A stretch of DNA of 27,660 bases from positions 225,179 to 252,838 of the forward strand of contig JBBAPZ010000002.1 of assembly GCA_040400605.1 (NCBI GenBank), in the 5' to 3' direction. Positions 7,986 to 14,060 of this stretch are shown in pieces. The notes below the pieces were generated by a model, which saw nothing but the letters and a program-made list of their open reading frames with translations, made no database searches and had not been told where the DNA came from. Each line of letters opens with the position of its first letter. The stretch's first letter is position 1. Origin of the DNA: Candidatus Sericytochromatia bacterium (GTDB lineage: Bacteria > Cyanobacteriota > Sericytochromatia > S15B-MN24 > JAQBPE01). Position numbers and translations under genes: made by a program.

Positions 7986-9380
7986 ATGCAAGACTTGACA
8001 CAATCAGCTTCAGTCAGGCAAGAGGGGGATGAACCGGTGATCCCACACTTGCGTCCGAAGGCGGGTCCTGAGGATCTTTTGCACCGCGATGTGCGACGGG
8101 GCGAATTCTGGCGTGCCATTCCAGCCTATCAGGATGTGGATGAGTCAACGTTTTTGGACCACATCTGGCAAGGGAAGCATTCCATCACGACGGTTGACCG
8201 TTTGATTGACACCATACGGGAACTCGTGTCCCAAGAATTCATTGAAGACGCTCGTCAAGGTTTCTTGCGAGCGCCGATGGCCGTTCGAATTTCGCCTTAT
8301 ATGATTGCGGGGATTAACTGGGCTGATCCCTACCGCGACCCCATACGAACACAGTTTCTGCCACTTGGCTCACGCCTGACGCCAGACCATCCGATGCTAA
8401 GCCTTGATTCGTTGCACGAACAGGATGACGCACCGGTGCCCGGCTTGACCCATCGTTATCCGGACAAGGCGCTCTTTCTCGCTTTGGATGTCTGCCCGGT
8501 GTATTGCCGTTTTTGTACGCGATCGTATGCAGTGGGCTCTGACACGCCTGAAGTTGAAAAGGTGTCTCTCAATGCGAGTCCGAAGCGTTGGGCCAAAGTG
8601 TTCCAATACATTCGCGAGCGTCCCGAACTGGAGGACATCGTCATTTCTGGCGGTGACAGTTATCAACTCGCGCCGGCGCACATTCGCACGATCGGTGAGA
8701 CTTTGCTTGATATCCCTCACATTCGACGCATGCGTTTTGCCACGAAGGGCCCCGCTGTGATGCCCCAAAAGCTGTTGACCGATACCCAGTGGTTCGACGC
8801 ACTGGCCGAGGTGGTTGCCAAGGGTCGTTCAATGGGTAAGGAAGTGGTCTTGCACACGCATTTTAACCATCCCAATGAACTGACCTGGATTACGGAGCAA
8901 GCGATGGCCAAATGCTTTGCTCACGGGATTTATGTGCGCAACCAGACGGTTTTGCAAGCCGGGGTGAATGATGAGCCGGAAACGATGCGGCTATTGGTAA
9001 AGCGCTTGGGACATATGAATGTGCATCCTTATTATGTGTATATGCATGATTTGGTGCGGGGCGTTGAGGATCTGCGTACGACCCTGCAGACCGGCATTGA
9101 CCTTGAAAAATTCGTTCGCGGCACAACGGCCGGTTTCAGTACCCCGACTTTCGTTTGCGACGCCCCGGGGGGCGGCGGCAAGCGTGATGTACACAGTTAT
9201 GAGTATTATGATCGCGAAAACGGCATTTCGGTGTTTATGGCACCCAGTGTCAAGAAAGACCAAGCCTTCGTGTATTTTGACCCGATCGCGCGCCTGAGTC
9301 CCGTTGCCCAGGCGCGTTGGCGGGACAAAACTATCTACGAAGACATGATTCAAGAAGCGATACGTAAGGCCCGTCACTAA
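7986..9380 (+). CDS. kamA: KamA-family radical SAM enzyme, probably lysine 2,3-aminomutase (464 aa)
   Basis: GLTHRYPDK, CPVYCRFCTR (CxxxCxxC at 8493-8516), ISGGD, THFNHPNE, NQTVLQAGVND, PYYVYMHD, DAPGGGGK (PLP Lys); RBS GAGGTG. Confidence 0.9.
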   Translation: MQDLTQSASVRQEGDEPVIPHLRPKAGPEDLLHRDVRRGEFWRAIPAYQDVDESTFLDHIWQGKHSITTVDRLIDTIRELVSQEFIEDARQGFLRAPMAVRISPYMIAGINWADPYRDPIRTQFLPLGSRLTPDHPMLSLDSLHEQDDAPVPGLTHRYPDKALFLALDVCPVYCRFCTRSYAVGSDTPEVEKVSLNASPKRWAKVFQYIRERPELEDIVISGGDSYQLAPAHIRTIGETLLDIPHIRRMRFATKGPAVMPQKLLTDTQWFDALAEVVAKGRSMGKEVVLHTHFNHPNELTWITEQAMAKCFAHGIYVRNQTVLQAGVNDEPETMRLLVKRLGHMNVHPYYVYMHDLVRGVEDLRTTLQTGIDLEKFVRGTTAGFSTPTFVCDAPGGGGKRDVHSYEYYDRENGISVFMAPSVKKDQAFVYFDPIARLSPVAQARWRDKTIYEDMIQEAIRKARH

Positions 9381-9433
9381 ACATAGGCGCCTGCATGGCC
9401 GTCCACCACCTGGGTAGCTGATATTATAAACAA

Positions 9434-9553
9434 CAAGCGGTATCGTGACTCGCATGTTGCCAGCCAAAACTGGTGCGGCAAACGAAAAATCATCAAGACG
9501 GTGAGTATCGGTGTCGATGCCAGCCAAGACTTGCGTGCTGGTCAACGTTTTTT
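9434..9553 (+). ncRNA. Candidate structured small RNA or structured kamA 3' UTR ending in an intrinsic terminator
   Basis: Hand fold: 9438-9453 pairs with 9501-9516 (14 bp, 2x2 internal loop); inner hairpin 9457-9481; terminator-like stem 9515-9547 plus T6 (9548-9553); extended -10 TGaTATTAT at 9419-9427. Confidence 0.35.
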
Positions 9554-9611
9554 GTACCGGGCAACGGTTGTGTCGCGTCATCAACGGCGGAGATGGCGTG
9601 CGCGGAGCCCA

Positions 9612-10208
9612 CTAAAGCTCGCGCCGCCCTTCGAGTGCCTTGATCAAGGTCAGCTCATCAGCATATTCCAGGTCACCGCCAATCGGGAGGCCAAATGCGA
9701 TCCGCGTGACACGGCACCCGGTTGGCTTGATGAGTCGGCTGAGATAGAGGCAGGTTGCTTCGCCCTCGACCGACGGGTTGATGGCGAGGATGATTTCCTG
9801 AACGGTACCGTCTTCGAGTCGCTGCAACAACTCGCGCACCTTCAACTGCTCCGGCCCCACCCCATCCAAGGGCGAAATCAATCCACCCAGCACGTGGTAC
9901 AAACCCTGATATTCACGGGTTTTTTCCAGGGCGACCAGGTCACGTGGCTCGGCAACGACGCAGATGACCGTCCGTTCCCTTGAAGCATTTTGACACAATG
10001 GACACGGGTCGTCGGCACTGAGGTTCGCACAGATACTGCACAAACGTATCTGATTGCGAGCCTCAACCAACACCCGTGCCAAATGTTCGATCGCCGCCAC
10101 GGGCTGTTTGATGAGGTGAAAGGCCAGCCGTTGTGAGGACTTGGGGCCAATGCCCGGCAATTTTCCCAATTCGTCAATCAAACGCGCCAATGGTTTTGCG
10201 TAAAGCAA
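9612..10208 (-). CDS. recR: Recombination mediator RecR (198 aa)
   Basis: [14 protein letters not shown]hH, CSIC..CPLC zinc finger, ICVVAE and [13 protein letters not shown]oprim, [12 protein letters not shown] start after GAGGTG. Confidence 0.98.
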   Translation of the reverse strand: MLYAKPLARLIDELGKLPGIGPKSSQRLAFHLIKQPVAAIEHLARVLVEARNQIRLCSICANLSADDPCPLCQNASRERTVICVVAEPRDLVALEKTREYQGLYHVLGGLISPLDGVGPEQLKVRELLQRLEDGTVQEIILAINPSVEGEATCLYLSRLIKPTGCRVTRIAFGLPIGGDLEYADELTLIKALEGRREL

Positions 10209-10263
10209 ACGTCACCTCTAAACTGATTCAATACAGGTTGGTTGTCGCAGGATGTGGCCCGCG

Positions 10264-10593
10264 TCAAAACCCCAAACCAGGAATCTTCAAACCGCCGGTT
10301 ACCTGTCCCATTTGGTTCGATGCCAACGCACTCGCTTTGCTGACCGCGTCTTTAACCGCGGCGGTCACCAGGTCCTCAAGCGTTTCAATGTCGTTTGGAT
10401 CGACAGCTTCCGGTTTGATGCGCACGGATTGAACCTCCATGCCACCCGTCATCGTGACGGTTACCACGCCACCACCAGCACTGCCTTCAACAACTTGCAA
10501 GTTAAGGTCGCTTTGCATCTTGACCATCGCTTCTTGCATTTTCTGAGCTTGTTTCATTAATTTTGAGATATCCATTCCGCCTGGCCCTCGCAT
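10264..10593 (-). CDS. ybaB: YbaB/EbfC nucleoid-associated protein (109 aa)
   Basis: MKQAQKMQ..EGSAGGGVVTVTMTG..DIETLEDLVTAAV; adjacent to recR. Confidence 0.96.
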   Translation of the reverse strand: MRGPGGMDISKLMKQAQKMQEAMVKMQSDLNLQVVEGSAGGGVVTVTMTGGMEVQSVRIKPEAVDPNDIETLEDLVTAAVKDAVSKASALASNQMGQVTGGLKIPGLGF

Positions 10594-10909
10594 CGCTATT
10601 GTCGCTCCTGAACTCCACCGGCATCTGCAGCACGATCACCCACAGTTGGTCTCATTGCCTCGATTCACCTGCTACAAAGTGTCTCCAGTTTAACATTCAT
10701 TGACGCACTCGGCATGGCACCCGCCGTGATGGGGACGTTTGGTGATAGACTGGACTGGTATTTCTGCCGCGTTACCAGCGACAGACAGGGGTATCGAGGG
10801 AGCGTGAGCGATCCATCAATCTGAAAACGACGGGAGGACTGGTTGATAGTCAATAACCAGCTAAATTTTGGTCACCAGTCAATGTGCTTCTGTATAAAGG
10901 GAGGATGCG

Positions 10910-11455
10910 TTGGGAGACATTTTGCTCAATGGACAATTGAAACGGCACGATCCATTGTCTGCGACGGCTGAATCGGCCTATGCCTACCTGGCAGCGAATG
11001 AGACCCTGCTGAAACGCTTTTTGGGACCCGACCGTGTAACGGTGATGGGGGATGGTTGTTATCGCATCCAGATGAAGCGGTTTCGGATTTTGGGTTTTTC
11101 ATTCAAGCCGGGTTTTGATGTCCTGTTTGAACAGCATCCGCCGGATCGGATCACCATGCGTTCGCTCGGATGCCAATTGACGGAGCAATCCCACGGTGAC
11201 CTTGGTTTTGAGGCATGTTTCGAGGGAGATGCGCGTTTCAGGCCCGATGGTGATGCGTGTGTGCTCGGCAGCGTGATCGATGCGCAGGTGCGCCTGACGA
11301 CACCGCAAGCCCTGGCTTGGTTGCCCGCAAGCTTGGTTCAACCGATTGCGAATGGCCTGCTACAGGCAACGCTGGAAGCATTATCGTTGCGCCTGATACC
11401 AATGATGCGCACCGACCTCGCGCGTCAACGCAAAATCGAGCCGTCTCCGCTTTGA
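10910..11455 (+). CDS. DUF1997-like (SRPBCC/START-like fold) protein (181 aa)
   Basis: GGGAGG then TTG. Pattern AYLA..LLKRFLGPDRV..YRIQMKRFRILGFSFKP..LAWLPASLVQPIANGLLQATLEAL recalls DUF1997 proteins of cyanobacteria and plastids (recognised from memory, not searched). Confidence 0.7.
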   Translation: MGDILLNGQLKRHDPLSATAESAYAYLAANETLLKRFLGPDRVTVMGDGCYRIQMKRFRILGFSFKPGFDVLFEQHPPDRITMRSLGCQLTEQSHGDLGFEACFEGDARFRPDGDACVLGSVIDAQVRLTTPQALAWLPASLVQPIANGLLQATLEALSLRLIPMMRTDLARQRKIEPSPL

Positions 11456-11463
11456 TGAAGCGA

Positions 11464-11645
11464 GAGACGACCCACTGACGGTGCTACGAAAGTGCTAACC
11501 GGAGTCTCACACTGCGGTTGGCCAACCCCCACGGCTCGGAACTTTGCCCCTCGTCAGGTACGTGCCACCTGACACGTACCCTTGACGCCAATTACCCTCG
11601 GATACTGCCCTCGCAAACCACAAGGGTCCACGAATCGCACAGTGC
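11464..11645 (+). ncRNA. Candidate structured ncRNA, possibly 6S RNA (strand not certain)
   Basis: About 175-nt intergenic stretch whose ends pair (CACTG 11473-77/CAGTG 11640-44; CGGT 11479-82/ATCG 11634-37), internal stem GGTTGGC 11516-22/GCCAATT 11587-93, apical hairpin 11552-11587. Confidence 0.35.
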
Positions 11646-11646
11646 T

Positions 11647-11940
11647 TTACGCTTCCTCGGGAACCGATGCCAGATCGGGTGCCATCAACTCCAGGTTGAT
11701 TTGCCGCTGTGCTTTTAACCCCGCCGCTTTAACAATGGTACGAATCGCATTGATTGTTCGCCCCTTTCGGCCAATCACACGACCGACATCCGTGGGGTCA
11801 ACCTGCACCGTGAATGCGGTGCGATCCCCTTCATCGACGCGTTCGATGCGCAACGAGTCCGGCTGCGTGGCGATCGCACGCAACAACACCTCAGCCACAT
11901 TTTGAAGCGTATCGGCAGTCACGGATTCCTCGACATTCAC
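11647..11940 (-). CDS. khpA: KH-domain RNA-binding protein KhpA/YlqC (97 aa)
   Basis: DVGRVIGRKGRTINAIRTIV KH motif; start overlaps the rpsP stop (GTGA); conserved position after rpsP. Confidence 0.93.
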   Translation of the reverse strand: MNVEESVTADTLQNVAEVLLRAIATQPDSLRIERVDEGDRTAFTVQVDPTDVGRVIGRKGRTINAIRTIVKAAGLKAQRQINLELMAPDLASVPEEA

Positions 11941-12194
11941 TTGGCAGCCGGCGCAGGCAGCACGTCCGCACGACGCAACAACGTCTGCGCAGTCTCAGTC
12001 GGTTGCGCACCCTGACTCAACCATTTCTTCGCCAACTCGGTATCAATGCGCAATTCAACCGGGTTGGCCTGGGGATCATAAAAACCGATCTCTTCAATCA
12101 CACGGCCATCACGACGGGTACGACTCTCTTGCACCACCACCCGGTACTTGGGACGTTTGGTCGCGCCAATGCGCTTCAAGCGAATTTTAACCAT
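11937..12194 (-). CDS. rpsP: 30S ribosomal protein S16 (85 aa)
   Basis: MVKIRLKRIGATKRPKYRVVV..RRDGRVIEEIGFYDP..GAQPTET. Confidence 0.98.
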   Translation of the reverse strand: MVKIRLKRIGATKRPKYRVVVQESRTRRDGRVIEEIGFYDPQANPVELRIDTELAKKWLSQGAQPTETAQTLLRRADVLPAPAAK

Positions 12195-12253
12195 TGATTA
12201 CGAACTCCTTGCAGATTAAGATTGAGTAATGGCCTAGAGGACGCGAGTGCACC

Positions 12254-13678
12254 CTACTTGGGAAATTTGAATGGAAACTTGCCCTTGCCAGGCATTGGAA
12301 ACGGAAACCCGGCGTCTGACGGCATTTGAGGAAGCTGTCCCGATTTCAGCGCTTTTTGAAGGTGCTTCGGCATTTGCTTGGACAACCCGGCAAACTGCTT
12401 CATCACCTTGTTCATCATATCAAAGTCTTTCAATAATTTGTTGACGTCTTCAACTTTCACCCCAGCGCCCTTGGCGATACGGATCTTTCGGGACATGTCG
12501 ATGATGCGAGGCTGCCGACGCTCCTTGGGTGTCATCGACTGGATGACCACTTCAAAACCCTTCAGACGATCCTCACCTTCTGACAACTTCTCCTGCCCAA
12601 TTGATTGCTTCAGACCAGGGATTGGCAACATCTCAAGTATCTGCGACATACTCCCGATCTGACGCATTTGACGCATCTGCGTTGCAAAATCCTCCAGATT
12701 GAACTCGGCCTTCAACATCTTCGCTTCCAGCGCCTTGGCCTCTTGTTCTGAAATGGTTGCCTGCGCACGCTCAATGAGCGTCAACACATCCCCCATCCCA
12801 AGTATGCGACTCGCAATGCGCTCGGGATGAAACGGCACCAAACCATCCGGCTTTTCGCTGATACCGGCATACTTGATGGGACAACCCGTCACGTGGCGAA
12901 CCGATAACGCCGCTCCACCCCGCGTATCCCCATCCAGTTTGGTGAGCACGAGTCCGGTCAATGGCACGGTCTCATGGAACGCCTTGGCCATATTGACCGC
13001 ATCTTGACCAATCATCGCATCGACAACCAACAAAACTTCGTGCGGTTGCAACACTTCCCGCATCTGCCGTATTTCCGCCATCAAGGCGTCATCAACGTGC
13101 AAACGACCTGCCGTGTCCACAATCAGGTAGTTGCGACCATCCGACTTCGCCTCGCGCAACGCAGCCGAGGCGATCGCAAGCGGCGCACTGCCGGTTTCCG
13201 CATAGACCGGCACATCAATCTGCCGCCCCAATGTTTGCAGTTGCGTCACCGCTGCCGGCCGATACGTGTCACACGCCGCCAGCAACGGTCTGAACCCTTG
13301 CTTCTTGAGCAGCAATGCCAACTTGGCTGCCGTTGTCGTCTTGCCTGACCCTTGCAGGCCTGCCATCAAAACCACCGTGACACCAGCCGCATGACGGGCC
13401 AAAGGCACTGCCTCCCCGCCCATCAAGGTGACCAGTTCTTCGTGGACCACCTTCACGAGGGTCTGCGCAGGCGTCAAGCCGGCGCCCACGGCCTGCCCCA
13501 AAGCTTTTTCGCGCACGGCGGCCATGAACGCCTTCACAACCGATAGGTTGACGTCGGCCTCGAGCAGCGCACGCCGCACGTCACGCAACGCCTCGGCCAC
13601 GTTCTCTTCCGTCAGGCCGCGCTCGCCGCGAAAACGTGCAAAAACACCTTGTATTTTTTCAGCTAGTGACTCAAACAT
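12254..13678 (-). CDS. ffh: Signal recognition particle protein Ffh (474 aa)
   Basis: MFESLAEKI start at 13678; ALLEADV, GLQGSGKTTT, DTYRPAA, DTAGR, TKLDGDTRGG, RILGMGD, SMTPKER. Confidence 0.98.
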   Translation of the reverse strand: MFESLAEKIQGVFARFRGERGLTEENVAEALRDVRRALLEADVNLSVVKAFMAAVREKALGQAVGAGLTPAQTLVKVVHEELVTLMGGEAVPLARHAAGVTVVLMAGLQGSGKTTTAAKLALLLKKQGFRPLLAACDTYRPAAVTQLQTLGRQIDVPVYAETGSAPLAIASAALREAKSDGRNYLIVDTAGRLHVDDALMAEIRQMREVLQPHEVLLVVDAMIGQDAVNMAKAFHETVPLTGLVLTKLDGDTRGGAALSVRHVTGCPIKYAGISEKPDGLVPFHPERIASRILGMGDVLTLIERAQATISEQEAKALEAKMLKAEFNLEDFATQMRQMRQIGSMSQILEMLPIPGLKQSIGQEKLSEGEDRLKGFEVVIQSMTPKERRQPRIIDMSRKIRIAKGAGVKVEDVNKLLKDFDMMNKVMKQFAGLSKQMPKHLQKALKSGQLPQMPSDAGFPFPMPGKGKFPFKFPK

Positions 13679-13778
13679 CGGCCCTGAAGGGAATACCCCA
13701 CCATCGCTACCGCCACAAAAAACCCCGCTGTCTGGCCCCAATCCGTTGTCGATTGGCCATAAGCGATTCAAGCACTTC

Positions 13779-13807
13779 ATTTTAAACCGAACTTAAATTT
13801 TTATCAA
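13779..13807 (-). promoter_or_regulatory. Sigma70 promoter TTGATA-17-TAAAAT for ffh-rpsP-khpA
   Basis: Minus strand TTGATA (13807-13802), 17-nt spacer, TAAAAT (13784-13779). Confidence 0.7.
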
Positions 13808-13874
13808 CGCCATCGATTCGGGCCTGCTGGCCTCAGGAGACGCTGAGGGGCCGTTTCGGGGTTGTGGCGTTCGC

Positions 13875-13903
13875 TTGACGATGTCATTTCCAAAACGTAT
13901 GAT
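13875..13903 (+). promoter_or_regulatory. Sigma70 promoter TTGACG-17-TATGAT for rpoB-rpoC
   Basis: TTGACG 13875-13880, 17-nt spacer, TATGAT 13898-13903; implies a leader of about 150 nt. Confidence 0.75.
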
Positions 13904-14060
13904 TGTCATTCGGCTTATTTTCGGCGGAGTCAGGTCTCCAGGTTTGGCACCTCAATTTTTGGGTTGCCTGAGCACCGTGTTGTCGGGATGATGGTTGGGG
14001 GCCGTTCCATACAGTACCGTCGGGTCGAAGCGACATTGTCAGACTTAAAGGGTGGTGTGA

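Noticed and set aside
8991..9584. 197-aa minus-strand ORF overlapping the kamA 3' end
   Set aside because: Mostly antisense to kamA, no RBS, no recognisable domain.
10665..10853. 62-aa ORF upstream of ybaB as a dnaX remnant
   Set aside because: No resemblance to DnaX, no RBS, TTG start.
11473..11495. Hammerhead-like CTGACGG..GAAA
   Set aside because: Core should be CUGANGA, and there is no room for stem II.
13679..13874. SRP RNA (ffs) near ffh or near ybaB-recR
   Set aside because: No CAGG-N-GGAA-N-AGCAG domain IV motif seen on either strand of the intergenic regions; the hairpin at about 13829-13853 is unexplained but unremarkable.
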